A stretch of 64,000 bases of DNA. Origin: Bacteroidetes bacterium UBA1312. Its GTDB lineage: Bacteria; Bacteroidota; Bacteroidia; Chitinophagales; Chitinophagaceae. The position numbers and the translations under genes were made by a program. This document shows positions 8,961 to 17,600 of the stretch, piece after piece; position 1 is the stretch's first letter; every line of letters begins with the position of its first letter. The stretch lies in assembly GCA_002307135.1 (NCBI GenBank), contig DBTQ01000001.1:40769-104768 (forward strand). Reading direction: 5' to 3'. Below the pieces are notes generated by a model. That model saw only the letters and a program-made list of their open reading frames with translations, was not told where the DNA came from and did not search any database.

Positions 8961-10937
8961 ATGCTAACAGCTGCTGATTTTTTAATCTCATTTTTGTGGA
9001 TACTCATATTGATGTGCTCTTCTTTGGTAATAGGTAATCTGTTGCAAAGTATTATCAATAGGCTTTACGGTTATGAAGCTCAGCTTCCTTTATATTGGAA
9101 ACTTCTGTCTGGCTTGTTTTTCGGTGTTAGTATATATGCAATTTTCACAACGAAAGGATTATCGATCCTTTTATTTAGTCCGATATTAATTTTATTGCTC
9201 TTAAAACAATTATTGAAGCATCAGAGTTCTAGATTAGCAAATACTAAAACAAAATCCGAATATGTTTTTTTAGGTGCAGCTATTGTACTACAGTTTATAT
9301 TTTTTACCTACACGTTGGTATCTTCAAATACTAATTTTGTTACATTCATATCGGGAGATTTCAATATTTATTACCGCATGGCAGTGCACCTAAGTGAATA
9401 TGGTGTAGAGGCATATAATTTTAATTACGACACTAGTAATTTAAAAATGCCCAGCCTTTATCACTATGGTGATTTATGGGTTTATGCATTAATTAGCCGC
9501 ATTACGAACGCCAATCCATCAGTTGTCTTTATCATTGCATTTACCTGTTTGTCTTCCATTTTTTCTTTAGGACTCTTTACCTACATTAGAGATGTTTTTG
9601 CTACAAAAATTCAGCAATACAAAGTATATCTTTATTTGATTTTGTTCGCTGGGCTATTTGCAGGATTTCAATTTTGTTTTCCGGCATTCATTCGTCGATT
9701 CGCAGAACCATATACACTGTCAATTTTCAATTGGGGCAAAGTGCTTGTATTGTCTTGTTCCTTGATTGGATTGTTGATACTGGTCAGAATTAAAGATTGG
9801 AAACCATTAGCCATTTTAAGTATTATAGCAGGACTGTTTTACATTAACTCGATTCCGGCAATATATGGTGCTATTTTTCTTTTATTGGCAATCGAATTAT
9901 TGGGCAAACGACTTAAATTTAAAACTTGGTTCGTTATTAATACTATTTACATTGGAGGGCTAATCATAGCGTTATTTTTTCAATACAAATTATTGCCAAT
10001 GACCTTTGGTTTGGAGCATATTTCTGCTTCACAAACACAAAAGCCAACACTATTGCATAATTTGACATTTGGCAAGTACTTGCATACTGCAATTAATATT
10101 TTTATTGGCGGATGGCTACAATTATTAACGCTTGCACCATATTTCTTACTGATGCTGATTACATTTGTATTGAATAGATCGGGTAAAATTCAATTCAAAA
10201 AAATTTGGTCAGAGATTGATTATAGCGTTTTATTCCTGTTTTTTGTTTTTGCGTCGGGATTATTTAGTTGGGCAATAATTTACCCACTGAGAGTTGATAC
10301 TGTTCAATTTTTTCACAATTTAGTGGCGCCTGTTTATGTGGTAATCATTACATTGATTTTGTATTATATCATTGTAAATTCGACCAATAAAATATTGATT
10401 CCACTAGCCATATTTACTGCGTTGGGGTCTGCATATATAAGTAGTCAGCATATTTTTTATGCTAACATTTTTAATAAAAGTGAATGGCAACAAATGCAAA
10501 GCTTTTTTAAAGATGATAAACAAGGCACACTTTTTGTCAATGTCAAACCAATGAAGGAATTGACATCAGCATTTAATCGTAAAACGGATCAATATATTCC
10601 ATTGAATATTCTTAACTATAAATGGAAAAATTATCAGAATGTGTCATTAAATACTCCGTTTATTCCGATTAGTGAAAATGAAGTTTACTATGTAGAGGCA
10701 AAGGATGATATTGCTACAGCTACATTTACTACTTATATGGATAAATGCAAAGCCGAAAATATTAATGATGTCGATCTGATGACCAAGAAATTTATAAAAG
10801 ATTTTAGGGTGAAGTATATTTCAGTATCATTAGATACTTCATTGCCCGTTTCTTTAAGAAATAACCTAATGGATTCACTATTACTTAAAAATGCAAACTA
10901 TATAGTTTACAAAATAAATTTAGATGGCTTCAAATAG
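8961..10937 (+). CDS. Polytopic membrane protein with C-terminal soluble domain; candidate GT-C-fold glycosyltransferase (ArnT/PMT/GtrC-like) or polymerase-like protein
   Basis: About 470 aa containing roughly 12-14 hydrophobic segments, then a hydrophilic C-terminal domain of ~180 aa. Its 3' end overlaps the downstream DPM1-like GT2 by 14 nt. I saw no family signature, so the call rests on architecture and context. Confidence 0.35.
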   Translation: MLTAADFLISFLWILILMCSSLVIGNLLQSIINRLYGYEAQLPLYWKLLSGLFFGVSIYAIFTTKGLSILLFSPILILLLLKQLLKHQSSRLANTKTKSEYVFLGAAIVLQFIFFTYTLVSSNTNFVTFISGDFNIYYRMAVHLSEYGVEAYNFNYDTSNLKMPSLYHYGDLWVYALISRITNANPSVVFIIAFTCLSSIFSLGLFTYIRDVFATKIQQYKVYLYLILFAGLFAGFQFCFPAFIRRFAEPYTLSIFNWGKVLVLSCSLIGLLILVRIKDWKPLAILSIIAGLFYINSIPAIYGAIFLLLAIELLGKRLKFKTWFVINTIYIGGLIIALFFQYKLLPMTFGLEHISASQTQKPTLLHNLTFGKYLHTAINIFIGGWLQLLTLAPYFLLMLITFVLNRSGKIQFKKIWSEIDYSVLFLFFVFASGLFSWAIIYPLRVDTVQFFHNLVAPVYVVIITLILYYIIVNSTNKILIPLAIFTALGSAYISSQHIFYANIFNKSEWQQMQSFFKDDKQGTLFVNVKPMKELTSAFNRKTDQYIPLNILNYKWKNYQNVSLNTPFIPISENEVYYVEAKDDIATATFTTYMDKCKAENINDVDLMTKKFIKDFRVKYISVSLDTSLPVSLRNNLMDSLLLKNANYIVYKINLDGFK

Positions 10938-11682
10938 AATTGCAATCATTATTCCATGCTATAATGAGGAAAGTCGTCTTCAAAAAGATAAATTTATATC
11001 TTTTGCTGAACAGCATTCCAATATAGATTTGTGGTTTATAAATGACGGAAGTAAAGACAATACCTTTGAAATGCTCCAACAAATGTCTTATCGGCAACCA
11101 GATAGATTGTTTGTGCACAATCTGTTGGAAAATAAAGGTAAGGCTGAGGCAATACGACAGGGGGTGTTGTTGCTTACAAAGAATGAAGACTATGACTATA
11201 TCGGATTTTTAGATGCAGATTTGTCAGCACCACTTGAAGAGGTCATCCCATTAGCACAAGTGATTATTCAAAACCAACTTTTGTTAGTTGCAGGAGCCAG
11301 AATAAAACTTTTAGGGAAAAAAATTGTAAGAAGCCCCCTTCGCCATTATTTAGGAAGGATATTTGCCACCTACTATGTCACGCTACTCAATTTACCCAAT
11401 TATGACACTCAATGTGGTTTAAAAATAGTTGAACGCAAGTTTGCATCCAAATTATTTGTCACAACTTTTGTCTCAAATTGGTTTTTTGATATTGAATTAT
11501 TTCTACGTGCTCGGATTGAAATTGGACAGGAACAATATGAAGAAAAGCTCGTTGAGATGCCGCTCAGTGAATGGAGAGAAGTGAAAGGGTCCAAATTGAA
11601 ATTAACTGATTTTGTGATGGCACCATTTGAAGTACTTAAGATTTACAATAAATACAAAGATCAAAACAAGGATAATCACTGA
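10924..11682 (+). CDS. GT2 polyprenol-phosphate glycosyltransferase (DPM1/ArnC/GtrB-like)
   Basis: IAIIIPCYNEE at the N-terminus, WFINDGSKDNT, and FLDADLSAPLEE (DAD motif) define the ~250 aa soluble Dpm1-like GT2 architecture. Confidence 0.75.
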   Translation: MASNRIAIIIPCYNEESRLQKDKFISFAEQHSNIDLWFINDGSKDNTFEMLQQMSYRQPDRLFVHNLLENKGKAEAIRQGVLLLTKNEDYDYIGFLDADLSAPLEEVIPLAQVIIQNQLLLVAGARIKLLGKKIVRSPLRHYLGRIFATYYVTLLNLPNYDTQCGLKIVERKFASKLFVTTFVSNWFFDIELFLRARIEIGQEQYEEKLVEMPLSEWREVKGSKLKLTDFVMAPFEVLKIYNKYKDQNKDNH

Positions 11683-12575
11683 TGAATCCATTTTTTACAA
11701 TAGTTGTACCAACATATAATAGAGCGGATTTAATTGCCAAGACACTACAATCTCTCCTCGCCCAAAGCTACCAACAATATGAAATTATTGTTGTTGATGA
11801 TGGGAGTAAGGATAATACGGAAGATGTAGTGAAACCATTTATAGGTGAAAAACTGAGCTATGTAAAAAAACAAAATGCAGAACGAGCTGCTGCGAGAAAT
11901 TTCGGAGCTGCTAGAGCGAATGGTAATTATGTCAATTTTTTTGACAGCGATGATATTGCTTTACCTAATCATTTGGATGAAGCTGCAAAATTATTAAACA
12001 ATTATCCGGAGGCGGAATGGTTTCATTTGGGCTATTCATGGGCGAATGCAGATGGTCAGATTTTTAGGGATGTCAATAGTTTTAATGGCACAACTTTAAA
12101 CAGAATTATTGCATCAGGCAATCCATTAAGTTGCAATGGAGTCTTTATTCGTAAAGATGTCATTAATGAACATAAATTTAATGAGGATCGTAATTTATCT
12201 GCTTCTGAGGATTATGAGCTTTGGTGCAGATTAACGGCGAGGTATCCACTGTATTACTCCAATTCAATAACTTCTTTAGTCATAGATCATGATTCTCGGA
12301 GTGTACGTACTATTCATGGTGAAAAATTGATCAATAGATTACAGTTGCTCATTAAATATTTACAAGAAGATAAGGTAACCGTTGATTATTTTGGTAAGGA
12401 CTTTTCCAAAATAAAGATGGACTCAAATTCGTACATTGCATTGCATTTGGCAAATGAGCCCAAATACAAATTTAAAAGCATTTATTATCTTGTAATGGGG
12501 CTAAGAGAAAATGTAACATTGCTAAAGAATAAAAGATTTTACGCAACAATAAAAAACATACTGATTAAATGGTAA
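11682..12575 (+). CDS. Glycosyltransferase family 2
   Basis: FTIVVPTYNRADLIAKTLQSLLAQSY..IIVVDDGSKDNT and FFDSDD (DxD) are present. The start ATG overlaps the upstream TGA (TGATGA). Confidence 0.8.
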   Translation: MNPFFTIVVPTYNRADLIAKTLQSLLAQSYQQYEIIVVDDGSKDNTEDVVKPFIGEKLSYVKKQNAERAAARNFGAARANGNYVNFFDSDDIALPNHLDEAAKLLNNYPEAEWFHLGYSWANADGQIFRDVNSFNGTTLNRIIASGNPLSCNGVFIRKDVINEHKFNEDRNLSASEDYELWCRLTARYPLYYSNSITSLVIDHDSRSVRTIHGEKLINRLQLLIKYLQEDKVTVDYFGKDFSKIKMDSNSYIALHLANEPKYKFKSIYYLVMGLRENVTLLKNKRFYATIKNILIKW

Positions 12576-13492
12576 AAGTATTAATAACAGGTGGTGCAGG
12601 GTTTGTACCAAGTAGTCTTGCAGATAAATTATTGACTTATCCTGATTTTCAAATCGTATTAGTAGATAATTTTCTTACAGGTCGATCTGAAAATATACCT
12701 ATCCATCCTAATTGTAAGTTTATTAAATGTGATGTGAATAGCTACAATGATATTTCGGCAGTGATGACTGCTTATAAGTTTGATTATGTTTTTCATTACG
12801 CAGCTGTAGTAGGCGTATTGCGCACTTTGGATAATCCTGTAAAGGTATTGCAGGATATTGAAGGTATTAGAAATATTTTGGATTTGTGTAAAAATACCGG
12901 AGTGAAAAGAGTTTTTTATTCATCTTCTTCAGAAGTTTATGGCGAGCCAGTAGTACTACCTCAACACGAGTATACTACACCGCTTAACTCTAGATTGCCT
13001 TATGCTGTGGTTAAAAATATAGGAGAAGCTTTTTGCCGTTCTTACCATCAGGAGTATAATCTTGACTTTACGATATTCAGGTTTTTTAATACTTATGGAC
13101 CCAAGCAAAGTCCTGACTTTGTAATGTCAAAGTTTCTTCAAGCAGCATTAAAAAATCAAGATATTACAATTTATGGAGATGGTTCACAATCCCGAACATT
13201 TTGCTATATAGATGATAATATTGATGCTTGTTTAAAGACGCTTTTTGAGGAGCATTATAAAAATGAAGTCTATAATATTGGATCAGATGTAGTCATTACT
13301 ATTAAAGAATTAGCGGAGACCATCATTGAACTGACTGGCTCTTCATCTAAAATAGTTTACCTAGCGCCGCTTAAAGATGGTGATATGACTAGACGTCAAC
13401 CTGATAATGAAAAAATGAGGGAATTACTCGGGCGGGATTTATTGCCATATAAAGAAGGAATTGGAAGGATTTTAAATAATTGGGGTAAATAG
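12569..13492 (+). CDS. NAD-dependent epimerase/dehydratase of the extended SDR family, UDP-glucuronate decarboxylase (UXS)-like
   Basis: VLITGGAGFV is a Rossmann motif and YSSSSEVYG carries the catalytic Ser. IYGDGSQSRTFCYIDD closely resembles the UXS/ArnA-type motif (YGDGSQTRSFxYVxD). Confidence 0.75.
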   Translation: MVKVLITGGAGFVPSSLADKLLTYPDFQIVLVDNFLTGRSENIPIHPNCKFIKCDVNSYNDISAVMTAYKFDYVFHYAAVVGVLRTLDNPVKVLQDIEGIRNILDLCKNTGVKRVFYSSSSEVYGEPVVLPQHEYTTPLNSRLPYAVVKNIGEAFCRSYHQEYNLDFTIFRFFNTYGPKQSPDFVMSKFLQAALKNQDITIYGDGSQSRTFCYIDDNIDACLKTLFEEHYKNEVYNIGSDVVITIKELAETIIELTGSSSKIVYLAPLKDGDMTRRQPDNEKMRELLGRDLLPYKEGIGRILNNWGK

Positions 13493-13500
13493 TAAACTTC

Positions 13501-15348
13501 ATGTGTGGTATAGCAGGGGCTTACGTTCAAGACGGAGTGGAAAATGATCGAATGAAAACGGCTACCGACACGCTGTTTCATCGAGGGCCTGATGCAGGAG
13601 GGTATTATACTTCGGTATCTAAAAAAATTTTTTTGGGTCACAGACGTTTAAGTATAATTGATTTATCAGAGGTGGCTAATCAACCGATGAATTCTTCGGA
13701 TGGTAGGTATGTGATCATATACAATGGAGAGGTATATAATTTTAAAGAACTCAAAACTAGGCTTCCCGATTTTGATTGGAAAACGAATGGAGATACCGAA
13801 GTAATTATAGAATTATTTGCTGCATTTGGAGCGAAGAGTTTTGTTTGGCTTAACGGAATTTTTGCGTTTTCTATATATGATACGATAGAAGAAAGACTTT
13901 GGTTTTGTCGCGACCCATTAGGCATCAAACCACTATTTATTCAACGAAGTAAAACTCAATTGTTATTTTCGTCAGAACTTAAAGCGATAATTTCTACAAG
14001 AAGTCAACAAACACCTTTCAAAATTAATAACGCAGCAATCCCGTATTTTCTGCATTTAGGCTATATTCCAGAGCCAATGACTATTTATGAAGGTGTTGAA
14101 AAATTTCCCGCTGCACATTATGCTGTATTGGATATTAAAACGAATCATTGGACACAACAGAAGTATTGGAATGCTGAAGATTATTATTTGAGTAATCCGA
14201 TTAACGATGAAGCTACTGCGCTCAAGTTATACAAAGAAAAACTTTTTGCTGCGGTAAACAGGCAAATGATCAGTGACGTGCCATTAGGTACTTTTTTAAG
14301 TGGCGGTATTGATTCCAGTCTTGTGAGTGCGGTTGCATCTGTACTGAATCCTGGCAAAATAAATACATTTAGTATCGGTTTTGAGGAAGCTGCATTTGAT
14401 GAATCACAATATGCAGATCAGGTCGCAAAACATATAAACACACAGCATCATTTATTTAAAGTGAAGCTGGATGACGTATTGGGTTTAATCCCTGACTTTA
14501 TTGATGTTTATGATGAACCATTTGCAGACTCGTCTGCGTTCCCAACAATGCTTGTGTCTAAACTTGCAAGAGCGCAAGTTACCGTGACGCTTTCTGGTGA
14601 TGGAGGTGATGAATTCTTTCAAGGTTATGGTATGTACACGTGGGCAAAGCGATTAGATGATCCTAAAATTAAATTGCTCAGGAAGCCTTTGCATTTCGCA
14701 AGTAAAATGATGAATGAAAGATTCCAACGAGCCGGGGAATTATTTAATTATCCTGATGCAAATCGTATCCCCAGCCATATTTTTTCTCAGGAGCAATATT
14801 TTTTTGGGGAGCAGGAGTTGCAACAATTGGTGCCTGATTTATCATTTGATTTTACATCATTGAATCAACTGCCTAATAAAGGTACAGCACAAGAGCGTCA
14901 GGCATTTTGGGATGTCGATCATTATCTCAAAGATGATTTATTAGTCAAGGTGGATCGTGCCAGCATGCATTATTCATTAGAAACTCGTGTGCCTTTATTG
15001 GATAAGGAGATTGTTGAGTTTGCATTAAACATCCCCTTATCACTCAAAATAAGAGAAGGATATGGCACTAAATACTTGATGAAAAAGACTTTGTATGAAA
15101 TGGTGCCGCGCCATATTTTCGAACGCCCCAAAAGAGGATTTGCAATTCCTTTGAATAAGTGGTTAAGTAATGAATTGAAACCACTATTGGATAAATATCT
15201 CAGCACAGAAAAGGTTCAGCAAGCTGGCTTTGTAAATAGTGAATATGTTGCTACATTAGTTAAAGATTATTTTGCGGGTAAAACTTATTTATATAATCGA
15301 GTTTGGGTATTGCTGGTGTTACATTGGTGGTATTTTAAATCGAATTAA
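13501..15348 (+). CDS. asnB: Asparagine synthase (glutamine-hydrolysing), AsnB family amidotransferase (WbpS-like context)
   Basis: MCGIAG is the N-terminal Ntn Cys. SGGIDSS is the PP-loop ATP pyrophosphatase motif. 615 aa. Confidence 0.9.
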   Translation: MCGIAGAYVQDGVENDRMKTATDTLFHRGPDAGGYYTSVSKKIFLGHRRLSIIDLSEVANQPMNSSDGRYVIIYNGEVYNFKELKTRLPDFDWKTNGDTEVIIELFAAFGAKSFVWLNGIFAFSIYDTIEERLWFCRDPLGIKPLFIQRSKTQLLFSSELKAIISTRSQQTPFKINNAAIPYFLHLGYIPEPMTIYEGVEKFPAAHYAVLDIKTNHWTQQKYWNAEDYYLSNPINDEATALKLYKEKLFAAVNRQMISDVPLGTFLSGGIDSSLVSAVASVLNPGKINTFSIGFEEAAFDESQYADQVAKHINTQHHLFKVKLDDVLGLIPDFIDVYDEPFADSSAFPTMLVSKLARAQVTVTLSGDGGDEFFQGYGMYTWAKRLDDPKIKLLRKPLHFASKMMNERFQRAGELFNYPDANRIPSHIFSQEQYFFGEQELQQLVPDLSFDFTSLNQLPNKGTAQERQAFWDVDHYLKDDLLVKVDRASMHYSLETRVPLLDKEIVEFALNIPLSLKIREGYGTKYLMKKTLYEMVPRHIFERPKRGFAIPLNKWLSNELKPLLDKYLSTEKVQQAGFVNSEYVATLVKDYFAGKTYLYNRVWVLLVLHWWYFKSN

Positions 15349-15460
15349 TTTTCTTTCGGAGCAACATACGGATGACAGTTTTTCTTTATTGAAGTTCGAT
15401 GGCACTTTTTTAAAATTTAAAGAGCAATTTTCAAAAGTCAAGAACTACTAATTATAGCTA

Positions 15461-16690
15461 ATGTCTAACAAATCAAATATCCTTTTTATTTCCTACGATG
15501 GAATGACAGACCCCCTTGGTCAAAGTCAGGTGCTACCTTATTTAGCAGGGCTTGCTGCATTAGGATACAATATTACTTTGTTGAGCTGTGAAAAGAAAGA
15601 ACGTTGGCAGAATAAAGAAGTGATTCAATCGATATGTACTAAGCACCATATCAATTGGCAACCCATAATGTATACAAGGAAGCCACCCATACTTTCTACA
15701 ATTAAAGATGTTAAAAGACTAAAAAAAGAAGCTGCTGCCTTACATAAAAAAATCTCCTTCGATATTGTTCATTGCCGTAGTTATATTTCTTGCTTGGTAG
15801 GTCAATGGATGAAACAAAAATATCGAATTCCTTTCATCTTCGATATGCGTGGATTTTGGGCTGATGAGCGTGTAGATGGTGGACTTTGGAAGCTCAATAA
15901 TCCATTGTATAAAAAAGTCTATAATTATTTTAAAACTAAAGAAAAGCAATTCCTAGGAGAAGCTGATGCTATAGTTTCACTTACTTATGCTGCTAAAAAT
16001 GAAATAGAAAGCTGGAGCATCCCTACTGTACCTATTAGTGTCATCCCATGCTGTGTTGATATGCAATTATTCAATCCCGAACAGTTGAAGCAATCGCAGC
16101 TAGAGGCGCTTCGGCGTAAAGCTGATTTACCCCAAGACAAATTGATCATTGGATATGTGGGCTCTTTAGGCACGTGGTATTTATTGACAGAGATGCTTTC
16201 TTTTTTTAAATTTTGGCTGCAACAGCATCCGGATACGATTTTCTTTTTCGTTTCGAACGAGCCCAAAGAACTCATTCATGAAGAAGCACGCAAACTGCAT
16301 ATTGATATTGAGAAAATAAGAATCATCACAGGTAATCGTGCTGAGATGCCTTATTATATTTCTTTGATGGATTTTGGTTTGTTTTTTATCAAAAATGCAT
16401 ACTCCAAAAAAGCGTCTTCTCCGGTAAAACAAGGAGAGTTAATGGCAATGGGTGTTCCTGTTATTTGTAATGCAGGTGTCGGTGATTCTGATTTTATAAT
16501 CAATAAATACAGCTCTGGTGAATTGGTGCATAGTTTTGATGAAAAAGGATACACAGATGTGATGAATAGGCTCAAAACAGAAATGAATCATCCTGCTGAA
16601 ATTCGAAAAGGTTGCATTGATTATTTTGATTTGGGGAAAGGAGTAGAACAATATGCAACTATATACCAAAGTTTGCTTAAATCACACTGA
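15461..16690 (+). CDS. Glycosyltransferase family 4 (GT-B)
   Basis: N-terminal ILFISYDGMTDPLGQSQVL resembles the GT4_N motif. The C-terminal half matches the GT1/GT4 nucleotide-binding domain (GELMAMGVPVICNAGVGD). Confidence 0.75.
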   Translation: MSNKSNILFISYDGMTDPLGQSQVLPYLAGLAALGYNITLLSCEKKERWQNKEVIQSICTKHHINWQPIMYTRKPPILSTIKDVKRLKKEAAALHKKISFDIVHCRSYISCLVGQWMKQKYRIPFIFDMRGFWADERVDGGLWKLNNPLYKKVYNYFKTKEKQFLGEADAIVSLTYAAKNEIESWSIPTVPISVIPCCVDMQLFNPEQLKQSQLEALRRKADLPQDKLIIGYVGSLGTWYLLTEMLSFFKFWLQQHPDTIFFFVSNEPKELIHEEARKLHIDIEKIRIITGNRAEMPYYISLMDFGLFFIKNAYSKKASSPVKQGELMAMGVPVICNAGVGDSDFIINKYSSGELVHSFDEKGYTDVMNRLKTEMNHPAEIRKGCIDYFDLGKGVEQYATIYQSLLKSH

Positions 16691-16843
16691 ATGTAATTAT
16701 TAAATTGGGTTGTTGTTTTTTATAAAATTGATGCTATTGTCTGTAATATCTTTCTCGTTCCAATAGCTATTAATACAAATAATGCGATTGAAATACGTGT
16801 TGAAAAAATAAGCTAAAATATTTTTTTTAGTATTAAAAGATAT

Positions 16844-16851
16844 TAAGTTTG
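16844..16851 (+). promoter_or_regulatory. Candidate -7 box (TAAGTTTG) for the OMP gene
   Basis: Matches TAnnTTTG 20 nt upstream of the ATG at 16871, consistent with the short 5' UTRs common in Bacteroidota. Confidence 0.3.
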
Positions 16852-16870
16852 TGTCAAATTTTAAACAAAC

Positions 16871-17527
16871 ATGAAAAAACTATTTTTATTTGCATCAGCA
16901 GCATTTATTACGCAAACAGCCTTTGCTCAATTGTCTGTAGCTCCAGAATTGGGTTTCCAAATGACAAATGTTCCAACAAAGTCGGATGGGGAAAAAGTTA
17001 AAGCTAATTTGAAAGCAGGGTTCAGAATCGGTGCAAATCTTGATTTGACAATTCTTGAACAACTTCATCTTCAAGGTGGAATATTTTATTCTGATAAAGG
17101 TGGGAAAACTACAAATGAAACACTTGGATCGGGAACAGTGGTTCTGGAATCTACAGCAACGTTGAATTATTTGGAGATCCCGTTTTATCTTAATTATATG
17201 ACTGGTGAAGCTGGTGGAAATCGGTTCTTTATAGGAGCTGGACCTTATATAGGCTATTGTTTGGGAGGTAAGACAAAATATAAAAATCCAATTACAGGGC
17301 AAGATGAATCAGTAACTTTAAAAGTCGGTACAGACAAAACTAATGACAACATAAAACCATTGGATATGGGTATCAACATTAATGTAGGTTACATGTTGTC
17401 CAATAATTTCTACGCACGTGCTCAATATGGTATTGGTTTGACAAATAATATGCCAAGTGGAAATAAAGATAACTCTGAAAAAAATGCTGGATTTGCTATT
17501 TCTATAGGTTACAATTTCGGTCTATAA
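16871..17527 (+). CDS. Outer-membrane beta-barrel protein (OMP_b-brl / porin family)
   Basis: Signal peptide MKKLFLFASAAFITQTAFAQ, alternating amphipathic beta-strand pattern, glycine/aromatic-rich C-terminus (ISIGYNFGL). Confidence 0.7.
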   Translation: MKKLFLFASAAFITQTAFAQLSVAPELGFQMTNVPTKSDGEKVKANLKAGFRIGANLDLTILEQLHLQGGIFYSDKGGKTTNETLGSGTVVLESTATLNYLEIPFYLNYMTGEAGGNRFFIGAGPYIGYCLGGKTKYKNPITGQDESVTLKVGTDKTNDNIKPLDMGININVGYMLSNNFYARAQYGIGLTNNMPSGNKDNSEKNAGFAISIGYNFGL

Positions 17528-17558
17528 TAGTTAACTTAAAGTAACACGATACAACAAT

Positions 17559-17582
17559 AAAGGCAACTCATGAGTTGCCTTT
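17559..17582. terminator. Bidirectional rho-independent terminator (perfect 24-nt palindrome) between the convergent OMP gene and smc
   Basis: AAAGGCAACTCA/TGAGTTGCCTTT, flanked by A-rich sequence upstream and T-rich sequence downstream. Confidence 0.7.
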
Positions 17583-17600
17583 ATTGTATAAAATATTCGT

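Noticed and set aside
16181-16669. Four overlapping minus-strand ORFs (16181..16432, 16354..16575, 16439..16669, 15985..16275) inside the GT4 gene
   Set aside because: They are antisense to a GT4 CDS with a clear nucleotide-binding domain. Their Cys/Phe-rich translations are frame artefacts.
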